DNA of 64,000 bases from Octopus vulgaris (GCA_951406725.2 OX597835.1:27590001-27654000); one strand, 5' to 3'; shown: positions 12,936 through 26,436, counted from the first letter of the stretch. The notes: generated from the letters alone by a model not told the origin. A program made the numbers and translations.

Positions 12936-13261
12936 ACTCTTGGCACATACATGACTAATAAGGCACTAAAAGAGAATGACTCTCCCCAGACACAATATAA
13001 TATACTCTCTATACATTCATAAATAAACTTTCTACTATAGGCACGAGGCCTGAAATTCTGGAGTGGGGAGCTAATCAGTTACACTCAGCCTAGTACATGA
13101 CTGGTATCTGTTCTACCAATCCTGAAAGGATGAAAGGCAAAGTCAACCTCAGTGGAATTTGAACTCAGAACATAAAGACAAACGAAAAGCCACTAAGCAT
13201 TTTCAACTGACACGCTAATGATTTAGTCAGCTTCCTTTCATATATGCAAAAACACATCTAT

Positions 13262-13331
<70 letters not shown>

Positions 13332-13654
13332 GCACACACATATATATATACATATACACATATATATATAAACATATATATATATATATATAAACATATA
13401 TACATATATATATAAACATATATATGTATAAACATATATATATATATATATATATACATATACATACACATATATATACATACGTATAATAAGAAATTAT
13501 TAGATGCATGTATTACAATTTTTCTGAATTTTCAGATTTTTCTCTATGCTAGGCAACTGATTTTAATTTGATGTTAATTAAATTAATATTTAATTTATTA
13601 CCCTCATTATTTAAATTTCATATATATACATATTACATACACACACACACATAT

Positions 13655-13701
<47 letters not shown>

Positions 13702-13783
13702 TATATATACATATATATATACATCTATATATACATATATATATATATATACATATACATACATACATACATACATACATACA

Positions 13784-13819
<36 letters not shown>

Positions 13820-14080
13820 TACACACACACATATATGGATAATACACACACATCCATTCACACAGAAGGCTAAAAAAAGAGAAAAAAACTTTTGGAAGCT
13901 TGATCAACAAGATATGAATTTATAACAAAATTTCAAGGTTTGTTTGAAGGGCTCAGTGAGTGTGCAGTGTGCAATTGTACAATAAAGAGGCAACAGTCTA
14001 TATCAGACTCAGTTACAGTGAATTTACAGTGCAATGGTACACAGGAGCACTGCATCTACAGAGTGCAGAAGTATAAATAC

Positions 14081-14089
14081 CTTCACCAC
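14081..14089 (-). CDS. unc-13: 9-nt microexon of unc-13 (VVK)
   Basis: ctttttccgctttctattctccatgcag|GTGGTGAAG|gtattt. Strong pyrimidine tract with UGC, phase 0-0. It lies right after ...VSDL, where other UNC-13s carry a 2-3 aa optional insert (recalled: AM in Munc13-1, VLK in fly). Confidence 0.8.
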
Positions 14090-14811
14090 CTGCATGGAGA
14101 ATAGAAAGCGGAAAAAGTACTTTGGCAGAGTACACTCAGACAATACAGAACTTAATATGCAAGGTTTTTACATTTGAAAATTAATTACAAGCCCGCCACT
14201 TAATTCATTCAGTTATTATTCATTTATTTATTTATTTATTTAAATTCTTCTTTTTTTTTTTTGGTTATTTTATTTGAAATCCTTTTAAAAGTTGTTCTTA
14301 ATATTCAGAACAGCTGAAGGTGGTGGTGGTGGTGGTGGTGGTGGTGGAGGTGTTGGTGAGTAAGCTTGTGATAAATATCATAATGAGCATAAATGTGAGC
14401 AGAGGCTGCTTTGCCGAAGAAACTTATTTAGAAAAAAAACAAACAAATATTGTTGTTATTATTATTAATAATAATTATTATTATTGTCACTTTTAATATT
14501 ATTATTACCATTATTATTTTTTTTTTTTTGGAAATAGTGCTGGCAAAGAGACAATTTACGGCAAGAAAATAAAAGTAGGTTTGTACTATCATGCAATTGA
14601 AATTTTTCACAGAACTAAAAAGCATTTTTGCAGTTCATTTACCCCTATGCAGAAAATGGTGTTAAATTTCTAAATAGTAAAAACAAAGTGATAATTATCA
14701 TAATGAAAATCTGAAAATTTATTTAAAGTATATAAAATTTAGATTAATTTTTCTTAAAAAAAAGAGATTAAATTTTATCATAGAAGCATTTCTAAATTAT
14801 TTGATATAATT

Positions 14812-14868
<57 letters not shown>

Positions 14869-15757
14869 CTTCCATAGACCAAACTGCAAGATAAGAATTG
14901 CAGCTTATTTTCCATTTTGCAGTTTTAACAATTTAAAAGAGTTGTATTATTTTGGAAAAAGAAACATAAAAAAAAGAAGAAAAAATTGCTAGGAAAGTCC
15001 AAAAGTTGTTCCTGCTTGATAAAAATTAAATAAGAAATTAAAAATGGACTTTGATTAATATATTAAAAATGTTATTCTAATTAGGATAAAAATTCAGTAT
15101 TACAAATAAAGAATGTTTTGGGTTAATTTTGGTTTTAAATCCAGAATTATCTGAACAGATTTCTTCCTATAATTATCAAAATCAAATAAATCCTCAATGT
15201 GGTTATATAACATGTGACGGTGATGAATGCTTAACAAATAAAAGAAGAAAAAAAAACAAACAACAAAATAAAATTAAAAAAACATTCAAACCACGACTAC
15301 AAAACACAGTTTTACGGATAAATGTCGACATAGACACAAGATTTCAAAACTGCTCAATGTAATTTTTCTCAAAAGCATAACCACAAATAATTAGTATTCT
15401 GATAACGAATTTCGAGAAATTTGTTAACGAGATTGCCTAAATGAAAATTTGTGAATTTGTGAATATGAATGAAATTGCGATAAATACAACTTTTAATTTT
15501 TCTTTGATCCAAAAAGAAAAAAAAAAATTAATAAATATAAAATAAAAAAATATACATTTAAAAGCTTGAGCAAATCAAAAAAAAATTATAGAAAAACAAA
15601 CAATACAACTCCATGCTAGGCTAATTAGAAAAGGATAACAGGCTAATTAGACAGTTATCCTAGCAATGAGAAAAAAGGCACTAATTGGGAAAGGCTAGGT
15701 AAAATTCACTTCTTAACAATCACATTCAGTGAGTGAAGCATGGGATCGAATTTGTAC

Positions 15758-15824
15758 CTTAAACGGACAACTGACTGTGTGTCAGCATATGCAGTTGACC
15801 CCAAATGCCATACCATTGTTTTTT
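15758..15824 (-). other. candidate 67-nt exon (frame-shifting/stop-containing, or part of an alternative N-terminus)
   Basis: tttttttgtggcctgtggtctag|AAAAAACAA...GTTTAAG|gtacaa. In phase 0 it reads KKQWYGIWGQLHMLTHSQLSV*. Another frame is open (KTMVWHLGSTAYADTQSVVRL). Confidence 0.35.
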
Positions 15825-15967
15825 CTAGACCACAGGCCACAAAAAAAAGGTAAATCAAATCAATTGCATGATGAATAGAATTGTTTTTCTTTTTTTCTTT
15901 TATTTGTTATTATTATTTTTTTTTTTTGAAATTGTTAATTATAAAGAAATAGCTCTTGCATACTTAC

Positions 15968-15997
15968 AGAGCAGATGGACTGTTTAGGCGGCTTGAT
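15968..15997 (-). CDS. unc-13: candidate 30-nt cassette microexon of unc-13 (IKPPKQSICS)
   Basis: ttttttatgcatgctgcattag|ATCAAGCCGCCTAAACAGTCCATCTGCTCT|gtaagt. Consensus donor, three UGC just before the AG, phase 0-0. Confidence 0.7.
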
Positions 15998-16124
15998 CTA
16001 ATGCAGCATGCATAAAAAATTAGATAACTGATCTTGTGTGACAGTTTAAGGTACAGAATGAAAAGGAACAAATCAGTCAAGGGATATAAGCAATTAGCAA
16101 TGTACCTGACATGTACACACATCT

Positions 16125-16161
<37 letters not shown>

Positions 16162-16404
16162 CATATATACATACATATATACATACATATATATATACAT
16201 ACATATATATATACATATATATATATAGTGATGTAAGGTAAACTTATAGGGGTGTGCTTTAGCAAATACATTGTTTTAGCGTTGTTGTGGAAAGTAGGAG
16301 CAACGGTTAACCACAGCAAGGCTAAATATATGTGCTTGTTGAAAACGTATATACATAAGTTTACTCTACATCTTTATTTATTCTAATGCTGTGTAGTGCT
16401 TCTA

Positions 16405-16449
<45 letters not shown>

Positions 16450-16772
16450 ATAGATAAATAGATATATGCATGTGTGTATATTTACAAAACACTTGTAGTA
16501 AAAAAAAAAAAAATTCAAAATAGTTTTAGAAGAAATTTAAATGATTATGTTTTTGCATTCAACGCAAAACATAGATAAATAAATAAATAAATATTTTCAA
16601 CAATTTGATGTATACCATCCATATTGAAAGAAAGAAAATGAAAATAACCAAAGATATAAAATGAAATTATGACTTTAAAAATATTTCAGATAAATTTCTT
16701 GGTATTTGTATGCTTTGTATATATATTTGTGTTTTGGAAACTATTGGTTCTAATGGTTCTTAACAAATTTAA

Positions 16773-16974
16773 CCCCTTAGAATTTAAACTGGCCATATCA
16801 GACCCAAATATTATACTTGTGTGCTTAAACCAGCCAGATCTAGCTTCTCACACTTACGTTACAATGTCATTCTAAAAATAAACAATCACAGCATTGAAAT
16901 CTTGAAGCCTGATTAATTTAAAACAATGAATAAATCAGCATTACATTTGACAGAATAATCTGAATGCTAAAGGG
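16773..16974. mobile_element. TTAA-flanked (piggyBac-type) MITE
   Basis: TTAA|ccccttagaattt...aatgctaaaggg|TTAA. Related fragments at about 57910-58265. Confidence 0.65.
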
Positions 16975-17512
16975 TTAATATTTGTCACTGAAGACGATCA
17001 CTATTTTTCTTTAAAATGTTGAGATTTAATAAACTATTTTGATTTTTAGTACAAAATATTTTCCATTCATTCCTACTGTGCAAATTTGGTAGAAGAAATA
17101 CTACATAGTGATATAGTGGTGCTGTTTTGTTTTCTTTTTTTTTCTTTTTTGTTTTTCTATATTTTTTTTTTTAGAAACCTTTTCCTAACTTAGGAAAAAA
17201 ATTGTTTTCGTCATGAGCTTGTATATAAGTTCCTACTCTTATGAGTTATTATATACACACCTAATAATAGATCACAATTATGTATAGAATCCTTAAAAAG
17301 CATTAATGCCAAGCTATTTACTTGAATCTCTTATCTCAATATAAATTATCAATCAACATGAAAAAATGAAAGCACTTTATAATAGAATAAGATTTTTTAA
17401 ATCCAAAACTTTCTTAATTATCACAATGCACTTATAATAGCCAATAAAAATACTAAAGCTATAAACAGTTCTAAAAACAAAGTACATGTACCATCCATCA
17501 TTCTAATAATAC

Positions 17513-17569
17513 CATTGAGATGATAGTGTCAAGTCGGCTCGTAATGTCAGTGGAATAAATCGAAGAAAC
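17513..17569 (-). CDS. unc-13: candidate alternative cassette exon of unc-13 (57 nt, VSSIYSTDITSRLDTIISM)
   Basis: tatatag|GTT...ATG|gtatta. Phase 0-0 with no stop, and richer in GC/CpG than the unique AT-rich flanks. No homology support. Confidence 0.5.
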
Positions 17570-17678
17570 CTATATACAAGCTCTTCATAACAACAACAAA
17601 CTCAGAAAATATAAAAATAATAGATAACAGTGTAATGTTTTTAATAAAATATATACACATATAAGTTTAAGGTATTTT

Positions 17679-17727
<49 letters not shown>

Positions 17728-17778
17728 ATATGTATATATATATATATACATGTATATATGTATTTACATATGTGTGTG

Positions 17779-17826
<48 letters not shown>

Positions 17827-20800
17827 TACCAACAGACTAAATTCTAAGCTTTAGAATTAAATTGATTAATTTCTATCAATATTTGAAAAATGGATTATTT
17901 ATAAGTTCACCTGTATTGAAGAAAAATTTATGAATACTGTAATTTAAACAAAAACTTTTTGAGTTATTTTAGAATGATTTTGGACTTTCATTGCCTAGAC
18001 AATAAAGGTCTCATTTTGGACAGAGTATAAGTTATCATAATCATCCTCATAGTTCTCGTTCTATATCCACTTCCCATGCTGGCATAGGTCAGATACATTG
18101 TCATGGATGAAACCAGCACATGTTTAGGTTAGAGGACTGGACTTTGTAATACGCTAGTTTTCAGTTGGTTTCTACAACTGAATGCCCTTCTTAATATCAA
18201 CTACTTTACAGAGTATACTGGCTGCATTTTTCATTGGCACCAGCACCAGAGAAGTATCAGTGTCCCTTCCTCATCAAGACTAAAAGGTCTTCACAATATT
18301 AACGCTTCACAGGTTACTGTCATTACACTTAATTTTCCCATGGCTATCTTGCTAGCATTTATTTTAATCAACTATACAGAGATGAAACACCGAGAGGTCC
18401 TGGGTAGAGTTTGAACTTAAAACAGTGAGACACCACTGTTGGAAAATCCAGAAAGTATTCAGTTTTTGATGTCAGTGTTTATTATAAATTCATGCCACCA
18501 TAAGTGGAAACACATGGTCTAGTGGTTAGAGCAGCGGACTTGCGGTTGAGGGATCACAGGTTCGAATCTCAGACCGAGCGATGTGTGTTTATGAGCAAAA
18601 CACCTAAGCGGCTCCAGCAGAAGGTAATGGTGAACTTCTGCTGACTCTTTTGCCACAACTTTCTCTCACTCTTTCCTCCTGTATCTCGCAGCTCACCTGC
18701 GACAGACCGGTGTCCCATCCAGATGGGGAATCTATACACCAAGAAACCGGGAAACCGGCCCTTATGAGCTAGGCATGGCTCGAGAAGGAACAAACAACAT
18801 GCCACCATAACCAATATTAGAATAACAACTAACGCTTTAGGATTTTACTGATAAGGTTGCTTAATTTACACATAATCAAATAAAATTTAATACCTGATGT
18901 GATTCAGTATGCTCTCATACAGGTTTAAAACGTTTCAGATCTAGAGATCAGCCCAAAGTAAACCATAGGACTAAGGACCAAAAGCATTCCAGCCATTTAC
19001 CTCACAGTTTTCTTACTGGATGTAAGGCATCTCAGACTACATTATTCAATGTGTTGACTTTTTTTTTAAGATAGTCAGATGTAATTTAAGGGAGACTTAG
19101 CTGTTATCTTAAGCAGATCAAGTAGCCTTAAAAATTCCCTATCTGCTCTTTGGCTTGTATGTACAAAAAGTTTACCTTAAAATGATGCAATAATATTTTT
19201 TAAAACCCTTCTCAGTTTTTGGACTGTGGTTATACTGAGGTTCTCAACCATAAGCATTGTCTACATCTATTAAGATCAATTGAAGAATAGAATGCAGTGG
19301 GGAGTGAGTTTCATCTTTGCAAATAGATGGATAACTTTGGACATGCTTTGGTCTTATTACACCTCATTAATTAAGTATATTCTAGCTATTAATGGCTAAT
19401 CTTAAACTGAAATCCATAGTGTACAAAATTTTGATTTTCAAGCTATAAAGCTCTAAATTTTAAGCAAGGACAGGTCAATTACTTTGGCCCCAATTTATTA
19501 CTGGTTTTTCTCTATTGACACTGAAAAGACAAAAGGTAAGGTCAAGCTCAGATTAAACAGAGATATAACTGAATATCACAATGTATTTTTTCTGCCATTC
19601 TATTATTAATAATGATATGATGATGAAAATCCCTATCCATTGGGTTTCCAGTTTGTGGATAGGGGAATGACTTGTAGATATATAAGTTACCTGCAAATAC
19701 TCAATAAGAAACCCTAGACAAAATCACAGGTTGTCCTTTGGCAAGGTGTAGTACTTGTTAGCATCCTGCCAGGGTCATGGTGAAATCCTGATGGCCTGAA
19801 AAATGCTGCTATCTTTGGAATGCAGGATGGTGGTCAGGAATGGAATGCAAAGAATAAAAAGATACTTTGGATTTCTTTCCACTTTGCAGAACAAATTACA
19901 CTTTTATTAATCTTGGTCCAGGAAACCCATCAGTTTGACTAGCACTGCAATCATCTAAAGGGCCTGCGACCATAGACAAGAAACGACCAATTGAAAGACA
20001 TTCTGTCTGAGTAAGCTTGAACAGATTATGGTCATTCTATTAACTCTAATTTTCTTGTATTTAAAAAATATCAACACTGCTTACAGGACTGTTCTTTGTT
20101 TGCTTCCTGCCAAGACTAATAAAGAATTTTGGTGAAACTTAATATTTTCTATTCAATTTTCCCATATGTTTTTAAATATCTAGAAAAAATACTATTTTTA
20201 GTAAAAACCAAGAAAATTTTTTAGAATTCAGATACTAAATTAAATTTTATTAAATATGAAAAATATTTGAATATTTGAAAGACCTAAAAATATATTAATC
20301 AAATTTGTGTGTGTGTGTGTGAGTGTTCAATAATTTATCTTTTTACTTCAAACAGAAAAAACCCAAAAAAAAACAAAAAATAAAAACAGAAACAAAATTG
20401 TTAAGTGTTGTGTAAATAACATGTCATTCTTAGACAAGTACATCAGTTTACAAAAACAGAAATAATTTTTTTTTTAAATTAGAAAGCTCCAGAAATAAAA
20501 TTAAATTCATATTTTAAAGCATGAATAATCAGGAATATATCAATTTTTCAAATAGCACAAATACAGAATCATATGGAAAGCTGCATAGCACAGGCAAATT
20601 ATTAGCTCGAATTAATTCTAGTTATGATAATCTAGAGAAAGCAGAAATTGAAATTAAATTATATCAATAGCATTCTCAAGACTTAGTAATAATTATTAAG
20701 ATAATATTCTAAAGAAACTTTACAAAAGTGGGAGGAGATTAGTTATTACAAAGCAATATTAAAAATAGGCCCCAAAAATGTAACTTTTTATAATATATAT

Positions 20801-21175
20801 ATATATATTACAGCATTTGTATCATAGAAAATAATAACATTGTAAACTGAAAGCTTTGACCTTCATTGTGAGAGAACGATTAGGTAATATCTGAATAGAC
20901 AGACGTCAGAGTTACTAGATTTTTAACAATGACGTAAGTTTCTGTAGAAAATTTAAATTATCAATACTTGGAAAAGACTGCTGAAGAAATAGACAGCATA
21001 CATTTAATAAATAAATTCAAAAAAATTTGTGAAAAGTACTGGTAGTAAAAATTCAATAGATTATAAGGTTTCATTTACAGCAATGAGAAATAAATGCAAT
21101 TGAAGATGATGTCAGTGAGCCAAATTTTAACTTGTTTTTCCAAGATATTAACAACTTTATACATGTATGTATGTA

Positions 21176-21231
<56 letters not shown>

Positions 21232-21266
21232 TGTTTATATACACATATATATATATACACACACAT

Positions 21267-21306
<40 letters not shown>

Positions 21307-21352
21307 GTTTACATATATATAAATATATATATATATATACACACATGTTTAC

Positions 21353-21387
<35 letters not shown>

Positions 21388-21518
21388 GCCAAATAGTTAT
21401 ATATAGTCACAGCTCTTTGATATATATGTATGTTTATACACATGTTTATGTATATATACACGTTTGTGTATGTATATGTATGTGTACATATGTGTATGTA
21501 TATGTACGTGTACATATG

Positions 21519-21549
<31 letters not shown>

Positions 21550-23488
21550 GTATATATATATATATATATATATATCAAAGAACTATGACTATCATGTAAC
21601 AAGTTCAACATAAAAACATAGAGATTCACAGAATCCTGTTTTCGTATCTACCAATTTATTACTTATTATAATAGAATTAACACTCAAGTTGACCTATTGT
21701 TAAGAATCCAACATTATTTTTTTCTCACGAAGCCAAACGAACTCAATTTTATAACCTAATCAGTGCTGACTTTGGGAAGCCCTGTTGACTCCAATGCCAG
21801 GGTCTCTGACTTAGCTTTTACATCACTAGTTCCTTAATCTCAGTAAATGACAAATGAATTACAGATAAAAAAAATTTTTTTCCACAAAATTGTATTATTT
21901 CCGTGTTTTCTTTTAACTTGTTGCTGCTGTTATTTCACAGCTTATCAAGTTCCTACTGACAGCATCTGATATAATAATATTATTGTTCATTAAATGAGTT
22001 ATCGCATATAACAATTTGCTTTCATTTAGGGCTTGAATGAATTGCTTTAACAGAAATTAAATTTGTGTCTACAGACTCTTTCAGTGTTGGTTAGAGTTCT
22101 TTTAACTCTTACTTGACATCAGCTATGCAATATTTATCAAATGGTCACACAAACATCATCATCATCAATTTACATCCACCAATTTCATACTTGTATTGAT
22201 GGAGCTGGTCTCACAATATTTTAATATTTGGAATTTAGATCGTAGACCAATAAAAAAAAAAACAGCCAATTTCTGTTGCTATATCTTTTTAATGGGAGTA
22301 AATCCTACCCTTCACTTTCTGGACGTTCATATTATAACCAATCACTTTACAACATGGATTAGAGGCATTTTAATGGGCCAACAGTATGAGAGAACTTGTC
22401 TACAGCAAGAAAAAAAATAATCTCTACCCTACATCAGTTCTTTTCAGAGTGACTGCTCTCTAAGATGGATAGCTTGTGCTGTCTCTTGCAAAATCTGTTT
22501 CTTCCTTTCTGGTAAAATACATTTTTAACGATGCTCATTCAGCAAGCAATCTATTTATTTTTTGCACATATATTTAGTAGCAGTTGATGATATATTACGT
22601 TTTTCTGCATGACAGCTGTCCATATGATGGAAAATGTAACTAGGGTTAGAGTTTTGATGGGCTTCAAAATCAACAGCAGATAAAGAAACATGTTATTCCA
22701 TCAAATTAAATCTCTTTTGACATTTATTTTCTGATAGTGTTGCGCCAATGCTGAGATATGAACTCTGAATCCTTTAGCTTTGAGGTTTATCCTCTATTCT
22801 TGTAATCACTATAACTTTTTAATATGTTAATAATTCTTCTATAAAACATGTATCTCAAATGCTAGTCTGACTACAATTAATAGCACATACTATATAAAGT
22901 TAAAAGCCCCTTAGACAGAAATAAACAGAAAGCCACTGGTAAGACTCGAACTATGCATCTACTGTAATCCAGAGAGTTGTAATACAATTTATTGCCATAT
23001 TTCTTGATGTTTCAACATTTACATTTTAAATGTTAACAATGTTTTTGGTAATCTTGTCTTAATCTCTTCTTAAAACATTTATAACTCATCAAAAACACCC
23101 AACATATTATCTTCTTAGATTTGATTTTACGAGTATTTATTTCAAAGGAGTTTGTATCAACAGTGGAAAACGGTGGGACCTAAAAGAGATTTCTTTGCTT
23201 TTTCATGTTGGATCAGCACAATCATCAGCTCATTTTAACAATGGTTAGACAGATTTGGGAGACTTCTGTTTTGTGAGAAATTGCTTTAGCAATAAATGAT
23301 TTGTGTAAGCTACACACTGGTACCAATAGAAATGGTAGTTAAACTTTTGCAGCAACTATGCAGATTGTGACAAGCAGAATAGCAAACTTTCCCTAAATAT
23401 ATTTAAAAAATCCCTGTGATAAATTTTAAGCTTTAAATGCCCAAATCTGCAGTCAGTAACCCATGACTAAATCCTGTTTTATACATTA

Positions 23489-23878
23489 CTAGCAATATCG
23501 CCCTGCATTGCTCGGGTTTGTTTCGACCCTTTAGGATTGGAATTTTTGAAAAGTAAAAATTTTGCATTATGTAGCTTGTTATTCTCTTTAAGTGAACATT
23601 TTTCTGGTTGAAATACATAGAAAAATGGCGACACAGCAGTCATAAAATCGTAAAAAATAGGGATTTTCATAGAAAAAAAAGCACCTTTTTGATGTAAATA
23701 ATTTTTGGTGTTAATATGGTCTGATTTGAATTTTATCTTCTACGGAATGAAGAGCAAGCCTTCTTCTATCATACTCTCAATTTTGGTCAACTTGCACCGC
23801 AGGGTCTCGGAGGAGATAGTGTTAGCTGAAGGTTACCAAACCTGCCACACACAGACAACTTCAGCTTTATATAATAGA
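23489..23878 (-). mobile_element. non-autonomous Helitron (390 bp)
   Basis: On - it reads A|TCtattatataaag... then a GC hairpin cccgagcaatgcaggg and CTAG|T. No TSD. Confidence 0.8.
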
Positions 23879-24260
23879 TTATGAAAACCAACACTACAAG
23901 TGTAAATTAGTCAAGCATTTACAAGAACTGATTCAGATTTTCGTTTCAGGAAGATAATGTTACACAGTAATAAAATGATTAGTGCTCCAGATATGTTCCT
24001 ACAAAACACAGCACTAAACAAAAAGACTGATTAAAATTGAGCATAAATTATAATATTAATCATAATATGAAGTTAGATTGAGCATAAATTATAATGTTAA
24101 TTATAATATGAAGCTAGATGGGCTGATTTGACAGTGACACAATATAGCTGTATATCATAGCCATTATCAAATGACCGAAAAACCCAGACACTGCAAACAC
24201 TTAATAACTTTTGATAGCCTTACATAATAGGGTTTTACACATTCTCATTTAATCTACAGT

Positions 24261-24655
24261 TACTCTTTTACTTGTTTCAGTCATTTGACTGTGGCCATGC
24301 TAGAGCACCGCATTTAGTTGAGCAAATCGACCCCAGGACCTATTCTTTGTAAGCCTAGTACTTATTCTATCGGTCTCTTTTGCCAAACCGCTAGGTTACG
24401 GGGACGTAAACACACCAGTATCGGTTGTCAAGCGATGCTGGGGGGACAAACAGTCACACAAACATACACACACATACACATACATATATACAACAGGCTT
24501 CTTTCAGTTTCCGTCTATCAAATCCGCTCACAAGGCTTTGGTTGGCCCAAGGCTATAGTAGAAGACACTTGCCCAAGGTGCCACGCAGTGGGACTGAACC
24601 TGGAACCATGTGGTTTGTAAGCAAGCTACTTACCACACAGTCACTCCTACACCTA
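24261..24655 (-). mobile_element. SINE family A, full length
   Basis: Reverse complement of the 56799-57220 copy. Confidence 0.85.
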
Positions 24656-25170
24656 AGAGTTAGGATAAAAACAGAAAATATATTCAATTAATTAAGATGT
24701 TATTTTAATAAGTAGGCTTAACATTACTTGTTACAATGCATAATATCATCTGCTCATATCTTCCATTGTTTCCAAACAATTTCTTCTTGAAGAAACTAAT
24801 CTAATTGCTAATGATGTTGTCAGGTAATTTTGTCCTTGATGCTTTTAATCATTCATGTGACCAAGGTTAAAAACTTCCCAACGTACACTGACGTTCATCA
24901 GCTTCTGATCACCTCAATACCTGCTGTTTTACATCCAGTCTTATCCTTTTCCTTGTGGTCATAGTAATTGTGAGAATATACAAATATGGATCATAGATTC
25001 TTATATGTTAGCATACGATGGCTTTAACAGTGAAACAGAGCTGTACTAAATCTCTGAGACAAACAGCGGCCTAGAGTGGATTAGCATGTTTGGAAAATTT
25101 CTGTATAAATAACATGTACTATTTTGTTCCAGAAAAATGTTTAAAATAATTATTAACGTTCTACTTATGA

Positions 25171-25497
25171 CAGCGAAAAGTGTAACCTCTCGAAAGAGCT
25201 GTTCTTCACTCCTGCTCCTGAGTGTCGGATGCGGGGTCACTCCGAAAAGCTCTATCTACGACGATTTCATCTCAATCAAAGGAGAGGGGTTTTCTCCGTC
25301 TGGGTTGCAGATCTGTGGAATAAGCTGCTGGACGAGATAGTGAAGATGTCGACAACCGCTCGGTTCAAAGTCTCTCTTGACCAGAAATGGCCTGAACTCT
25401 TTGCATGAACACCCTCCCTGTACATAACTCCATGTCCCTCTACATGGCCTTGCTTTTTGCTTTTTGAGCCAAAAAATTAACTTAACTTAATTTAACA
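25171..25497 (+). mobile_element. CR1-clade LINE 3' end
   Basis: Reads ELFFTPAPECRMRGHSEKLYLRRFHLNQRRGVFSVWVADLWNKLLDEIVKMSTTARFKVSLDQKWPELFA* (stop 25406-25408), then a short UTR and a (TTAAC)n tail. Confidence 0.88.
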
Positions 25498-26147
25498 GCA
25501 TCAAACAAGGTGGCACTAAATGAGATATTACCCTGTTTTGTCAAATAGGTTTTGACATCACTGTTTCACGTTGGTTTTCGATACTCGTAATGATCAAACT
25601 AATCTGGTACCATCATTATTTGTCACGGTCCTTTGGCATATGGCACAAACAGCAGCACAGTTCCCCCCACCCTCCAACCCTCTCACCATTAAATAGTCTT
25701 TTGTTTGGAAAATTTCTGTATAAGTAACATGTACTATTTAGTTCCAGAAAAATGTTTAAAACAATTATTAATGTTCTACTTATGAGAGAAAAATACAGAT
25801 CGCATTTTGAAATGTTAATTGTGATATTAGTCCCCACACTAATTATTGCAGTAGTCATTTAACCTAATTCCTAATACTTGCCAGCTATTTCAGTAATAGT
25901 TTCTTCAGAGAGATAATTGCACTACAAACAGTTTCACAATAGAAACGATTCATACTTCTGAAGATAACCACGTAACGTATATTAATAAGTATCATATATT
26001 AATGAGTGTGTGTGTGTGTGTGTGTGCTTATATCTTTTATCTTTCACTTGTTTCAGTCATTATACTGTGGCCATGCTGGGGCACCAGCTTGAATAATTTT
26101 TAGTCAAATGAATCGAACACAGTAGTTATGTTGCTTTCTAAGACCTG

Positions 26148-26204
<57 letters not shown>

Positions 26205-26285
26205 TAATAAGGGTAGAAATTGATGTTAATCAATTAAAACCAGTGGCTAAGCATATTTAAAAATCCAAAGATTTAAAATTGTGTC

Positions 26286-26436
26286 ACATACAAAATTAAG
26301 AGGAATGACCACTAAAGTGGACACCTAATATGCTAAACATAGACGTCAAATCACCATTACCACGTGGTAATGGCAATTTGACATCTATGTTTAGCATATA
26401 GGGTGTCCACTTTAGTGGTCATTCCTCTTAATTTTG

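Noticed and set aside
20560-21000. Acceptor-like sites (tgcctgtgctatgcag near 20581 and tatttcttcagcag near 20980)
   Set aside because: The units to the nearest donors are 16, 13 or 10 nt with weak donors or an immediate stop, so support is insufficient.
25137-25408. GC-rich block first considered as a host exon
   Set aside because: It translates on + as a CR1 ORF2 C-terminus with a repeat tail.
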